The notes: a model not told the origin generated them from the letters alone. Counted from the stretch's first letter, positions 36,925 through 51,243 are shown. The stretch: 64,000 nucleotides of DNA from Eledone cirrhosa (GCA_964016885.1 OZ024743.1:369272001-369336000), one strand, 5' to 3'. Program-made: numbers and translations.

Positions 36925-37100
36925 AAGAGTGGTTTTTTCCACCAGTATCCAGTTAAGTGTTGATTCTGACTTACTTAGCATTTCATCATTAAATGCTGTT
37001 GCTGTGTATCCAGGGGTACTGGTGAGGTGTTTTTAGTCAGAAGTTGAGGCATTATGTCTATTTCTGGTGTTTTACAGTTGTTTACATTTCTCAATGTATC
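36925..37100 (-). mobile_element. R4/Dong-type LINE RT N-terminal fragment
   Basis: WSTITTEVITDTLRNVNN-KTPEID-MPNF*LKHL..ATAFN..NWIL.GKT, matching the NWKxPGxD..NFWLK..W...G.T pattern. Confidence 0.6.
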
Positions 37101-39888
37101 TGTTATTACCTCTGTAGTAATGGTGGACCATGTATGTGGTGTTACAATGTTATTACCTCTGTAGTAATGGTGGACCATGTATGTGGTGTTACAATGTTAT
37201 TACCACTGTAGTAATGGTGGACCCTGTAGGTGGTGTTACAATGTTATTACCTCTGTAGTAATGGTGGACCATGTATGTGGTGTTACAATGTTATTACCAC
37301 TGTAGTAATGGTGGACCCTGTAGGTGGTGTTACAATGTTATTACCTCTGTAGTAATGGTGGACCATGTATGTGGTGTTACAATGTTATTACCACTGTAGT
37401 AATGGTGGACCATGTAGGTGGTATTACAATGTTATTACCTCTGTAGTAATGGTGGACCATGTAGGTGGTGTTACAATGTTATTACCTCTGTAGTAATGGT
37501 GGACCATGTATGTGGTGTTACAATGTTACTACCTCTGTAGTAATGGTGGACCATGTATGTGGTGTTACAATGTTATTACCACTGTAGTAATGGTGGACCA
37601 TGTAGGTGGTGTTACAATGTTATTACCTCTGTAGTAATGGTGGACCATGTATGTGGTGTTACAATGTTATTACCACTGTAGTAATGGTGGACCATGTATG
37701 TGGTGTTACAATGTTATTACCTCTGTAGTAATGGTGGACCATGTATGTGGTGTTACAATGTTACTACCTCTGTAGTAATGGTGGACCATGTATGTGGTGT
37801 TACAATGTTACTACCTCTGTAGTAATGGTGGACCATGTATGTGGTGTTACAATGTTACTACCTCTGTAGTAATGGTGGACCATGTATGTGGTGTTACAAT
37901 GTTACTACTTCTGTAGTAATGGTGGACCATGTATGTGGTGTTACAATGTTATTACCACTGTAGTAATGGTGGACCATGTAGGTGGTGTTATAATGTTACT
38001 ACCTCTGTAGTAATGGTGGACCATGTATGTGGTGTTACAATGTTACTACCTCTGTAGTAATGGTGGACCATGTATGTGGTGTTACAATGTTATTACCACT
38101 GTAGTAATGGTGGACCATGTATGTGGTGTTACAATGTTACTACCTCTGAAGTAATGGTGGACCATGTATGTGGTGTTACAATGTTATTACCTCTGTAGTA
38201 ATGGTGGACCATGTATGTGGTGTTACAATGTTATTACCTCTGTAGTAATGGTGGACCATGTATGTGGTGTTACAATGTTACTACCTCTGAAGTAATGGTG
38301 GACCATGTATGTGGTGTTACAATGTTATTACCTCTGTAGTAATGGTGGACCATGTATGTGGTGTTACAATGTTATTACCACTGTAGTAATGGTGGACCCT
38401 GTAGGTGGTGTTACAATGTTATTACCTCTGTAGTAATGGTGGACCATGTATGTGGTATTACAATGTTATTACCTCTGTAGTAATGGTGGACCATGTAGGT
38501 GGTGTTACAATGTTATTACCTCTGTAGTAATGGTGGACCATGTATGTGGTGTTACAATGTTACTACCTCTGTAGTAATGGTGGACCATGTATGTGGTGTT
38601 ACAATGTTATTACCTCTGTAGTAATGGTGGACCATGTATGTGGTGTTACAATGTTACTACCTCTGAAGTAATGGTGGACCATGTATGTGGTGTTACAATG
38701 TTATTACCTCTGTAGTAATGGTGGACCATGTATGTGGTGTTACAATGTTATTACCACTGTAGTAATGGTGGACCCTGTAGGTGGTGTTACAATGTTATTA
38801 CCTCTGTAGTAATGGTGGACCATGTAGGTGGTATTACAATGTTATTACCTCTGTAGTAATGGTGGACCATGTAGGTGGTGTTACAATGTTATTACCTCTG
38901 TAGTAATGGTGGACCATGTATGTGGTGTTACAATGTTACTACCTCTGTAGTAATGGTGGACCATGTATGTGGTGTTACAATGTTATTACCACTGTAGTAA
39001 TGGTGGACCATGTAGGTGGTGTTACAATGTTATTACCTCTGTAGTAATGGTGGACCATGTATGTGGTGTTACAATGTTATTACCACTGTAGTAATGGTGG
39101 ACCATGTATGTGGTGTTACAATGTTATTACCTCTGTAGTAATGGTGGACCATGTATGTGGTGTTACAATGTTACTACCTCTGTAGTAATGGTGGACCATG
39201 TATGTGGTGTTACAATGTTACTACCTCTGTAGTAATGGTGGACCATGTATGTGGTGTTACAATGTTACTACCTCTGTAGTAATGGTGGACCATGTATGTG
39301 GTGTTACAATGTTACTACTTCTGTAGTAATGGTGGACCATGTATGTGGTGTTACAATGTTATTACCACTGTAGTAATGGTGGACCATGTAGGTGGTGTTA
39401 TAATGTTACTACCTCTGTAGTAATGGTGGACCATGTATGTGGTGTTACAATGTTACTACCTCTGTAGTAATGGTGGACTATGTATGTGGTGTTACAATGT
39501 TATTACCTCTAGTAATGGTGGACCATGTAGGTGGTGTTACAGTGTTATTACCTCTGTAGTAATGGTGGACCATGTAGGTGGTGTTACAATGTTATTACCT
39601 CTGTAGTAATGGTGGACCATGTATGTGGTGTTACAATGTTATTACCTCTGTAGTAATGGTGGACCATGTATGTGGTGTTACAATGTTACTACCTCTGTAG
39701 TAATGGTGGACCATGTATGTGGTGTTACAATGTTATTACCTCTGTAGTAATGGTGGACCATGTATGTGGTGTTACAATGTTACTACCTCTGTAGTAATGG
39801 TGGACCATGTAGGTGGTGTTACAATGTTATTACCCCTGTAGTAATGGTGGACCATGTATGTGGTGTTACAATGTTATTACCTCTGTTA
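37101..39888. repeat. 47-bp minisatellite, about 59 copies (TTATTACCTCTGTAGTAATGGTGGACCATGTATGTGGTGTTACAATG)
   Basis: Period 47 read directly (37101 to 37148); few variant positions. Confidence 0.98.
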
Positions 39889-40100
39889 TTAGAATGTGGA
39901 ATATGAAAGCACTTGTGATTGGTACCAATTGTGATTGGAGCACTTGGGTAGGTGACAGAAAACCTCCAAAAAATCCTTCATAGAATTGGAATCAGTCCTA
40001 GCATTACTGGCTATCTGGGGTTATATAACTTGATAGAGAATCATTTAAATGATCCAGTGTTAATAAGATCACCACTGTCCAAATGAATAATAATAATAAT
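39889..40100 (+). mobile_element. R4/Dong-type LINE 3' end (RLE C-terminus) with (AAT)n tail
   Basis: RMWNMKALVI-VPIVIGALG*VTENLQKILHRIGI, then AATAATAATAAT. Confidence 0.7.
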
Positions 40101-41994
40101 TGTTTCTACTTTTGGCACAAGGCCAGCAATTACCCAGTTCATTACTGGTACTTGAATTTATCTACCCGGTAATAATGAAAGGCAAAGTTAACCTTGACGG
40201 GATTTCAACTCAGACCGTAAATGAATAATAATAATATATATTATAATAATAGCGCTATCTGTCTGGCTGTCCATCTGTCCATCCATCTGTCCCCCATACT
40301 CACTTTGTACATGAAGGGGAAGCACCAAGCAAGAGATATGTACATAGATAGAGAGCGAAAAAGGAATGTCGTGTGTTGTCGAGATTACAGAAAGATGTAG
40401 CTAGAGAGAAAGGTAGGACGTTGCCCTCATCTATATAGAAAGATGGGGAGTTCTAAATGAGAGAGATGTACATAGAGAAAGAAAATGTAATATCATGTGT
40501 TTTCAAGGTGACAGAAAGAGATAGATAGACAGAAAGCTATTGGCCTCCCAGACAGGTCAGGGATCTTCGTTTCACTTAAGTACAGTCTCACATTCTACCA
40601 AGTGCACAGGAGAGGTTGTCATATCTTTGACACAACTGAAGGGTTCTCCGAACCTTGGCCAGCTTTCCAGGGCTGAATGTCCTTCCTATCACCAACCACT
40701 TTATAGTGTGTATTGGGTGATTTTAATGTGGAGATCACCAGCACTAGGGAGGCTGTTATCTCCTTGATAACTGAAGGGTCCTCCCAATCTGGATATTATG
40801 ATAAGGAAGATATTTTCATTTTGTGTCCATAACATCATCAACATCATTTCACATTCATTTATTTCCATACTCACCTTGGTTGAGCAGGTCTTCTCCAGCA
40901 CAGTATCTTGCCATTTATTGTGGTCCTTTATCATACATAAAGAATTTTGATTTCTTTGCCTTTTCTTAATCACTGAATCATCATCATTGACATAATCCTA
41001 CGCTTCCATTCCAGGCTTGCATGGGATGGATGAGTTGTCACAGTTTGAGATCAAAGAGGTTGGTGCATCCAACCTTGTTTGTTATGTCCCATATTTGTTA
41101 TGGTTTTTATGGCTGGATGCTTCTTCTAACACCAACCACCTTTCTGGATGTGCTGAGTTTGGTTTTCATGACACCAACTCTACTGGGATGCATTTTAGCA
41201 TGGTACCAATGGACTGGGTGTATTTTAACATGGTACCAACTCTAGCACTTTATAAAGTGTTTTGGGTACATTTTATCATGGCAACAGCGCTGGAGAGATT
41301 GTCATATGCTAGGCTAGTCAAACGAGTCCTCTCAAACCTTATACTGTCTCTGATTTTGATTGCTAAATACTGTAGCCTCTGGTCATTCACTATGTTTACT
41401 TTTAGTATCACAGTTAAATGAAATAGCACATGTCTAATATGTCTTTTTAAAATAAGGCTGGAGGCTGTATTTTTAAGGAAAAAGGTATATAATAACAATT
41501 TCTAACATAAGCACATGTTCACAATATTTTGGAGAGAGATTGGTTGATTAAATCAATACAATATTTGACATCCTGAGATCGACCTTCACCTTTTGTTCCC
41601 AAGTTTTTCTGTCTTCCTCTTCCACCAGCATCATTTGACACCTCTTCACAATTTTCCAGCAGCCATTACACATCTTTCCCATTCAATATCTATGCTTTGC
41701 TACCATGTTATATTGTACTTCATATACAAGCACCATACAATCTGTTCTTCACTACTGATTAGATCAACTAGATAACAGAAGCTCTCATCTACTTCAAGGA
41801 AGCCTTTTGCAAAGTTGAAAGAATTCACTTTATGAATGAGCAAACAATTCATTGCTTCTATTTTTGTTATATTTTTTCACATTTATTATTAATTTACTTG
41901 TATTATTTGTTGATTTTGTGAACATATTACAAACTATTCTCTCATCAAGTGACTGTGAGATACAGGTTTCTTAAAATAACATTAGTTGAATGAA

Positions 41995-42260
41995 TAACGA
42001 AGGTCTATAACCTAATGGTTAGAGTATTGGAGGTTGTGAGTTCAATTTCAAGACTGGATGGTATGTAGTGTTCTTGAGCACAACACTTTATTTCTCATTG
42101 GTCCAGTTCACACAGCTGTATCAGTAGCAAGGAAAGGGGAGACTGGTATGCATGAATGACTTCTGGCTTTTTACAAAAACACCTTGCCTGGTCTGTGCCT
42201 TGGAGGGCAATTTTTCTAGGTGCAAATCCCATGGTCATTCGCGACTGAAGGGTATCTTTA
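41995..42260 (+). mobile_element. tRNA-derived SINE with V/Ceph-type core
   Basis: A-box-like TAACCTAATGG, B-box-like GAGTTCAATTTC, core GTGTTCTTGAGCACAACACTTTA; related copy at 57628-57855. Confidence 0.65.
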
Positions 42261-43159
42261 CATACAGGATTAAAGATTAGATTACTTTCAGGTAATTAAT
42301 AAATTAATATCTGATGCTTGCACCTATCTAATAATGTTTTTATAATTTGTCCACAAAATTAAATATTCTTAATTAAATTAACCTGAGAATTTCACAAGCA
42401 ATTTCATATTTAGAATTATTAACATTTTTTTATGTAACAAAAATAGTCTATAATAGATTTTCTCTCCATTTGTAATATACAAAAAAACATTTGGATTTTT
42501 TTGCCTTCACTGCTTCCACCGCCTCCTTTTTCTAAGATGAAGCCTTCTCTTAATTATCGAATATTATATAGATTTGTGTTTAAGTTGCACCTCCATTTTA
42601 CATACCCCATTTGTAATGTACCAAATACTTTGAGTTGAGGTTTTGTAGGTCCAATAGATAAGTTACATGTCCAAACACAAGTATATACAGTCTATCTTAC
42701 ACACACAGAAATAAAAACTAAAACACAGGATGATAAAGACCACAGGAGCACAACAAATTTCACAGGCACAACAAAAATATACCCTCATTCTCACTCATAA
42801 CAACAGTCAGAATAAAAACCCTCACTGAAATATTCACCAGAATCAATTTTGAAGTGGAACTGACTGAAGCAATGAATGAAATATAAGAAGAGAACATCTC
42901 ACATTCAAAGAAAAATCACCACAAAGACCTATAAACAACCTCATAGTGGTATCACTGGTTCCTTTGCATTGTGGTGCCATCCAATGCCAGGCTCCCAAAT
43001 TGTGGTTCCACACATGTCCCTCATCATAGTGGTGCCACCCAGAACCTGGGCTCCAAAACTATGGTTCCACTATGTGATGGGTTGGGCTACGAAAACATGG
43101 TTCCATTGTGAGACGGGTTCGGCGTGGCCAACTGGCCCGTCCCTCCTCATAACAGAGCC

Positions 43160-43351
43160 ATCTAGTTCCACACTGTAAATGTGGTTGGTGTTGGGAAGAG
43201 CATCCAGCTGTAAAATACCCAGCCAAATTTACAGTCCTCGCCGGAGCAAGGTGCAACACATGGCCAACCCTGGCTAGACTTGCCTCCCAGCGTGGACGAC
43301 CCGCCTAACCCATGCAAGCATGGAAAAATTGACGTTAAACGGAAATGATGA
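43160..43351 (+). mobile_element. RTE-related 3' fragment
   Basis: GGTTGGTGTTGGGAAGAGCATCCAGCTGTAAAA...CCCATGCAAGCATGGAAAAATTGACGTTAAA. Confidence 0.75.
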
Positions 43352-43668
43352 TATATAAAAATAATGCACCGACTGTGAATCGTGATGTGTCTTATACCTC
43401 CAAGCATTTTTCTTAAAGAATAAACATATAAATGTGTAGTCTCACTTTGCTGTGATACGAACTTGGACTTTCCCTCCAACAACATCTTTAAGGACAATAA
43501 TTTTTCTCTGATGAGTCTTATAAGGGCATCTCCACTGTAGTATATATACACACATATATATCTACTTACTGTATTATAAATATACTTGAAGATGACACAC
43601 CATGTAAGAATTAAATCTCGTTTTTAAATGTCTTGCTTTCTCCTCCATATATTTTTGATTATATATAT

Positions 43669-43716
43669 GGAATTTCACCAGTCAGGCCTCCTGTCATTTT
43701 ACTCAATAATATATAG

Positions 43717-43763
<47 letters not shown>

Positions 43764-43799
43764 AGTAAAAATGACAGGAGGCCTGACTGGTGAAATTCC
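43669..43799. repeat. About 46-bp near-perfect inverted repeat around (TA)n (partial inverted pLTR tail)
   Basis: GGAATTTCACCAGTCAGGCCTCCTGTCATTTTACTCAATAATATA vs its rc, 1-nt indel. Confidence 0.9.
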
Positions 43800-43818
43800 T
43801 TCAAAGATTTATTATAGC

Positions 43819-43880
43819 AAACACTATGTACATTTCAGTGGCCAAGTTCCGTAAGATCCTGGTGACATCATCAGGTGTTT
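43819..43880 (-). ncRNA. Type I hammerhead ribozyme of a PLE-type pLTR
   Basis: rc: AAACAC / CTGATGA / TGTCACCAGG..CTTGGCCACT / GAA / ATGTACAT / A / GTGTTT, followed by AATAAA; stem II imperfect. Confidence 0.75.
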
Positions 43881-44489
43881 ATTGCATAAAAGTTATATGA
43901 TAAAGGAATAATGGTAAACAAATCCAAGAGGCTATAAAAAAATGTTTTTGACTTTAAGGCAATCAAGAAGGCCAGTTGTTGTCAGTTTGGCTGACCACCT
44001 TCCAGTGAGGATTCTCATCAATTTTGTCTTACAGGTTTGATTAGGGGGTTGTATGCTTAATATGCATGCTACTACCACCCTGCCGGTTGGGTCAGGGGGT
44101 TGTATACATAGTATGCCTACTATTACCATGCTGCCATTCACTGCTATTTGGACTCATGCTAGTGGTAAGGGAGATCAAGTTACAGATAGTCGTTAAAATT
44201 ATCATGTTTCAAATTCTTAACTATTGCATGTAAAATGGTGAAATTTATTTACAGTTAATCGAAATAATTTAAATGGAGAGTGGCTATTTAAAATGAAGAG
44301 CCAAAGAAATTATAAACACACACATACAGACAGCGATGCTGTCAACCTTTTATTTCATCCTGGGGCTTTTAAGCCCAATTTTTAGACTATTTTTCATAAT
44401 AAAAAAAAATGTGTTGATGCTTCTAACTCTAGATTAATTTTCAATAAATACATATCTGCTCAATGTTTCTAAAAATAGATCATTATATA

Positions 44490-44673
44490 TGGTGAATTGG
44501 CATTATCAGTAGAGGGTTGGATGCCATGCTTTCTAGCTTAGTTACGTCCCTTTACAGTCTGAGTTCAAATCCTGCCGAGGTTAACTTTGCTTTTCATCCT
44601 TACGGGGTCGATAAAATAAAGTACCAGTAATGTACTAGGTAATTGCTGGCCTTGTGTCTAAAGTAGAAACAAT
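44490..44673 (+). mobile_element. tRNA-derived Nin/Deu-core SINE
   Basis: GAGTTCAAATCCTGCCGAGGTTAACTTTGCTTTTCATCCTTACGGGGTCGATAAAATAAAGTACCAGT. Confidence 0.82.
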
Positions 44674-44690
44674 TATATATATATATATAC

Positions 44691-45113
44691 ATGATGGCTG
44701 CCCCTTCGTTATCGAGTATGGCCATTGCACGATATACCATTATTAGTAATTATTAATTAATTCTATCGTGCGCAAAGATGTTTTTTAAAGTGAGGAAAGA
44801 CTGTGCACTGAGCCAATCCCACTCTCTGAGCGACAGTAGCTATAACCCGAAAAGAAAAGATCAACATCATTGGTAACTACTGAGCCGCAGGTTTTATGTC
44901 GGAGTTATCCCAGTTTCCTGAGTTGCCTTCTAGATGAATGCCCTGACAAAGGCTAGGGGTCCTTCACTCCCAGTGGTTTAACAGCGCAATCGGGTATCCA
45001 GCCCAACTATTTCTATGTCCCCGCGCATATACATACATATGTACATGTGTATATACATATTTACACATTTTTGGATGGCCATTGACTCTGATGAGTTCTT
45101 CTGCCCTTTGTCA
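44691..45113 (-). mobile_element. 5'-truncated RTE-derived short retroposon (same family as 4895-5573)
   Basis: Highly similar to 4895-5424 but lacks the nested SINE tail. Confidence 0.85.
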
Positions 45114-45357
45114 TATACATACATACATATACATACATAATTACATACATACATAAATATATGATGATATATATATATGAATGATGATATATATAGTAAT
45201 AATACAAAGACCAAAATAGATCATACACATTGTATATCAAAGCTCATATTAAAACAACAATAAAAAACGGTCAAATCAATTTAAAGATACTGTTATATTT
45301 GGGATGGTAATTTTACCCATCAAAACACACACTATTTGACTTTCACTTTATTATTAC

Positions 45358-45543
45358 TATGGATTAGCAGTATCAGTAGAAGGTCGGACGCCATGCTTTG
45401 ACGCATAGAGTTACGGCCCTTGCCATTTTGAGTTCAAATCCCGCCGAGGTTAACTTTGCCTTCATCCTTATGGGGTCGATAAAATAAAGTACCAGTAATG
45501 CACTGGGTAATTGCTGGCCTTATGCCAAAAAGTAGAAACAATT
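45358..45543 (+). mobile_element. tRNA-derived Nin/Deu-core SINE
   Basis: Same B-box, core and tail as 44490-44673. Confidence 0.82.
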
Positions 45544-46699
45544 ATTACTATTAGTCATTGGTTATTTTTAGTAAAAACTCTTGTCACATTTTGTGACCTC
45601 CTCAACAACAATTTGCTCTTCTTCTCTCTGTCTCCTCTTCTTTCTGGTCTTGTTCCGCTTACTCCATCTTTCAAAACAAATACATAAATGTAACAATGTA
45701 ATTTTAATTTTGAAGCTATTTGGATATCCTGTCATAGTAAATATAATATAGCCAGCATATTTACCAAGGTAATATTATATAATGTCCTACATACTGGGTG
45801 TTTATGGTTAGCATGCCTTAGATCATTATGGTGGACCTTAGGTTATTCAACAAGAAACTTGCACACTTGAAATGTTTTAGAAATATGGATTAACAAGTTG
45901 GCTTAACCTGCTAGAAATAGCAGCACAATTTCCATGAAATCATATGCTGCCATCTGGATAATGTTGTCCAAGATATACTATGCCTGAAAAAAAAAAGGAT
46001 CTGGTCATCATGCCTAGAATACTTTTTAATGCAATTCTTGAATGTATGTCTGATCCTGTAACTACTCAGAGTTGCCATATTGACATATGACATTTCTAGG
46101 TCATTTGTTAAACCTGGCAGAGCCCATCTCCTCTCCAGATCTGAATACAGCAGATTTATTCCAGAGTAGGATAGAAAATGAGAGAGAGAAAGTGAGAAAG
46201 AGATAAAGAGGAAGAATGGACCCCAGTTCAAGACTGATACTTTTTTTTATTGACCTTGAATGGATGAAAGGCAAAGTTGACCTTGGCAGGATTTGAACTG
46301 AGAGAACAGGGCCGAAATGAATACCACAAAGCATTCTATCCGACATTCTAATAACTCTGTCAATTCGCTACATTACACAGGTCTTAATTAGGGCTCACCT
46401 TGAGTTAAACAACAACAACATTAGAAATATGAGCCAATGAGGGAAGTTTTACACAGTTGTATAACTTGCTGAAAATAGTAGCCAAATCTTCCTCAGACTA
46501 CAACCTGCTGTCTTACAAAGAAGAAAACATTGAAAAGTTCAATTGTAAAATCTTTAGAAATTAACTTTTGATGATTTTGTTGTTTTTTTATTTTTTATTT
46601 TAATTCATGTAGTAATAACGAGCTAGGTTGTTGGTACTTGAATGACAATGTGGATGATGGCTTCAGTTTGAGAACATAGTTATAATTACCTTTGTTGTT

Positions 46700-47139
46700 A
46701 ATTTTTATTTACCATAGAAAATTGAATATCAATATTTTGTTGATTTTCACTTCCAAAATTCTACATAAATGAGGTGTTAAAATATTTTCGCTTTGGAGGT
46801 GAATATTACATTGGTTTCACTTTCACGTATATTTCATTTTTCCTATATTTTTTTAATGTTTTGAATGAATATGGCCTTCGAAACAGTCAGAAATTGATTA
46901 AAAAATCATTGCGTATTGGAGTTATGAAACAAGAACTATACTTTAAAAGACATTTAAAACATTTTAATATCAAAATATTAAAACTTCATAAATATATTCT
47001 CCACGCATAAACATTTTAAAACCACACAATCTAAACATATGTTGATTAGCTGCCTCGGCTTATAAATAGGGTTTGGAGTTTTGCCTATTTCTCAGACATA
47101 AAATAGGGGAGGTTGGCTTATATTCAAGTATATATAGTA
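46700..47139. mobile_element. Tc2/pogo-type MITE (partial)
   Basis: Homologous to 29090-29519; right end GGCTTATATTCAAGTATATATAGTA. Confidence 0.65.
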
Positions 47140-47525
47140 TTTTCTATGGTTTGAAATCAAACCCTTGAAGTTAAGAAACTGTTAATTATCTTATCTACTA
47201 AGAATGTCTACAAGGAAGACTCTACTTATGTAAACTGATATTTTAGCATTAAATGGACTATATCAACTATGGAACCATCTTTGTGATGTAAGATCAAATG
47301 GACATCAGTTCCCAGAATAGAAGGGTTAATTGAAAAGTGTCACCCTTTTACAGTCAGTTTATATCTCACTACTGATACTGGGCTCAAGGTAAAGAACTGA
47401 ACTCTTTGTCAATAAAGCAGGTGTTAACAAGAGGGAGAGAGAGCAAAGAAATTGTTGGCAGAGTACTAATTGAAAATTGACATGATGTTTGAGCATGCTG
47501 CTGAGATTGATAATAATAGTCACAA

Positions 47526-47621
47526 AAAGTATGGTTAATTAAATCAATCAATCAAATAAAAAGTATGGTTAATTAAATCAATCAATCAAATAAAAAGTAT
47601 GGTTAATTAAATCAATCAATT
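47526..47621. repeat. Short tandem repeat x3 (AAAAGTATGGTTAATTAAATCAATCAATCAAAT core)
   Basis: Read directly. Confidence 0.9.
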
Positions 47622-47849
47622 AAAACCAGCAACAATATATATTTCAACCCATTCAGTTAAATTCAATCTGATGTGCCATGTTCAGATATTGTCCTACCAT
47701 CAAGCTATATCTTTTATTGTAATAGTTACAATTTATTTACATTATCCCAAGGCCACCAATTTTGTACTAGAATGTACTCAATTTCTTTTAATTATAATGC
47801 TTGACATATTTTTTTTAACAATTTTAATACACCAAAAATAATATTTAAA

Positions 47850-48190
47850 TGAAACAAACAAAAAAAAAGGAAAGGGAGAGAAGAAAAAGAAAAAAAGAAT
47901 TAAGCAATGTAAGAAAGGGAGAGGGGGACAGAGGGACAGACTCCACACCCCAGTCTGAGCAGTGTTTCAACCATGCCATGGAGGTGGAATGGCACAAGTA
48001 TTGCTGTGGAGAATGGCCAGTTACACCCGCTGCAACAGACACTTCACCCCACCTTCCTCAGGTGGGCTGCTGTTTTCCCGATTGTGAGGAAATCGACAGT
48101 GTGGGGACTGAGGACACTAGTGGTCTTGTTGCTGACCAGTGTAAAAGGAAGTAGTTGATCTCAGCGGGAGTGGAATTTGAACTTTGAATC
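47850..48190 (-). mobile_element. Possible L1/Tx1-type LINE 3' end (second copy at 56045-56320)
   Basis: Two dispersed similar segments (GACAGACTC.ACACCCCA, GGAGAATGGCCA, GAGGAAATC.ACAG) ending in a T-rich tract on the minus strand; clade assignment is weak. Confidence 0.4.
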
Positions 48191-48489
48191 TAAAAAAATT
48201 AACTAAATACTGCAATAAGCCATTTTATTTTATTCACTGTTCTACTGATTGTTCAAATCTAAAATATTTTAGAAACATTAGTGGACTATACACACACATG
48301 TATGTGTGTGTGTGTGAATGTATATATGTGTGTGTGTGTGAATGTATATATGTATGGATGTGTGTGTGTGAATCTATATATGGAGGTGTGAACATATGTA
48401 TGAAGATGGTTTATATAACGGCTTCACTTCATATAAAGATAAATTAATGAGAAGAGAATAAATAATTCAGAAGGAAATATTGTAGCTGC

Positions 48490-51243
48490 TGCTGCTACTA
48501 TCACTATTACTATTATTACTATTACTACTATTACTATTATTACTATTACTATTATTACTATTACCACTATTACCACTATTACTATTACCACTATTACTAT
48601 TATTACTATTACTATTACCACTATTACTATTACCACTATTACTATTACCACTATTACTATTATTACTATTACTACTATTATTACTATTACTATTACCACT
48701 ATTACTATTACCACTATTACTATTACCACTTACTATTACCACTATTACTATTACCACTATTACTATTATTACTATTACTACTATTATTACTATTACTATT
48801 ACCACTATTACTATTACCACTATTACTATTACTACTATTACCACTATTACTATTACCACTATTACTATTACCACTATTACTATTACCACTATTACTATTA
48901 CCACTATTACTATTATTACTATTACTACTATTATTACTATTACTATTACCACTATTACTATTACCACTATTACTATTACTACTATTACCACTATTACTAT
49001 TACCACTATTACTATTACCACTATTACTATTACCACTATTACTATTACCACTATTACTATTACCACTATTACTATTACCACTATTACTATTACTACTATT
49101 ACCACTATTACTATTACCACTATTACTATTACCACTATTACTATTACTACTATTACCACTATTACTATTACCACTATTACTATTACCACTATTACTATTA
49201 CCACTATTACTATTACTACTATTACTATTACCACTATTACTATTATTACTATTACTACTATTATTACTATTACTATTACCACTATTACTATTACTACTAT
49301 TACCACTATTACTATTACCACTATTACTATTACCACTATTACTATTACCACTATTACTATTACCACTATTACTATTACCACTATTACTATTACCACTATT
49401 ACTATTACCACTATTACTATTACCACTATTACTATTACCACTATTACTATTACTACTATTACTATTACTACTATTACTATTACCACTATTACTATTATTA
49501 CTATTACCACTATTACTATTACCACTATTACTATTACCACTATTACTATTATTACTATTACTACTATTACTATTACCACTACCACTATTACTATTACCAC
49601 TATTACTATTACCACTATTACTATTACCACTACCACTATTACTATTACCACTATTACTATTATTACTATTACTACTATTACTATTACTACTATTACTATT
49701 ATCACTATTACTATTACCACTATTACTATTACCACTATTACTATTACCACTATTACTATTACCACTATTACTATTACCACTATTACTATTACCACTATTA
49801 CTATTACCACTATTACTATTATTACTATTACCACTATTACTATTATTACTATTACTATTATTACTATTATTACTATTATTACTATTACTACTATTACTAT
49901 TACCACTATTACTATTACCACTATTACTATTACTACTATTACTATTACCACTATTACTATTACCACTATTACTATTACTACTATTACTATTACCACTATT
50001 ACTATTATTACTATTACTATTACTACTATTACTATTACCACTACCACTATTACTATTACCACTATTACTATTACCACTATTACTATTATTACTATTACTA
50101 TTATTATTACTATTATTACTACTATTACTATTACCACTATTACTATTACCACTATTACTATTACCACTATTACTATTACTACTATTACTATTACCACTAT
50201 TACTATTACCACTATTACTATTACCACTATTACTATTACCACTATTACTATTACCACTATTACTATTATTACTATTACTATTATTACTATTACTATTACC
50301 ACTATTACTACTATTACTATTACCACTATTACTATTACCACTATTACTATTACCACTATTACTATTACTACTATTACTATTACCACTATTACTATTACCA
50401 CTATTACTATTATTACTATTACTATTACTACTATTACCACTATTACTATTATTATTATTATTACTATTACTACTATTACTACTATTACTATTATTACTAT
50501 AACTATTACTATTATTACTATTACCACTATTACTATTATTACTATTATTACTATTACCACTATTACTATTATTACTATTACCACTATTACTATTACCACT
50601 ACCACTATTACTATTACCACTATTACTATTACCACTATTACTATTACCACTATTACTATTACCACTATTACTATTACCACTATTACTATTATTACTATTA
50701 CTACTATTACTATTATTACTATTACCACTATTACTATTACTACTACTATTACTATTACCACTATTACTATTACCACTATTACTATTATCACTTACTATTA
50801 CCACTATTACTATTATTACTATTACCACTATTACTACTATTACTATTATTACTATTACCACTATTACTATTATTACTATTACTATTACTACTATTACTAT
50901 TACCACTATTACTATTACCACTATTACTATTACCACTATTACTATTACCACTATTACTACTATTACTATTATTACTATTACTATTACCACTATTACTATT
51001 ACCACTATTACTATTACCACTATTACTACTATTACTATTATTACTATTACCACTATTACTATTATTACTATTACTACTATTACTATTATCACTATTACTA
51101 TTACCACTATTACTATTATTACTATTACTACTATTACTATTATCACTATTACTATTACCACTATTACTATTACCACTATTACTATTATTACTATTACCAC
51201 TATTACTATTACCACTATTACTATTACCACCACTACTACTACA
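48490..51243. repeat. About 2.75-kb TAC/TAT/CAC trinucleotide satellite, dominant 15-mer CTATTACTATTACCA
   Basis: Read directly; source of spurious VI/SN ORFs. Confidence 0.98.

Noticed and set aside
37101-39888. CRISPR-like regular array
   Set aside because: Head-to-tail units with no unique spacers, no cas genes, eukaryotic context.
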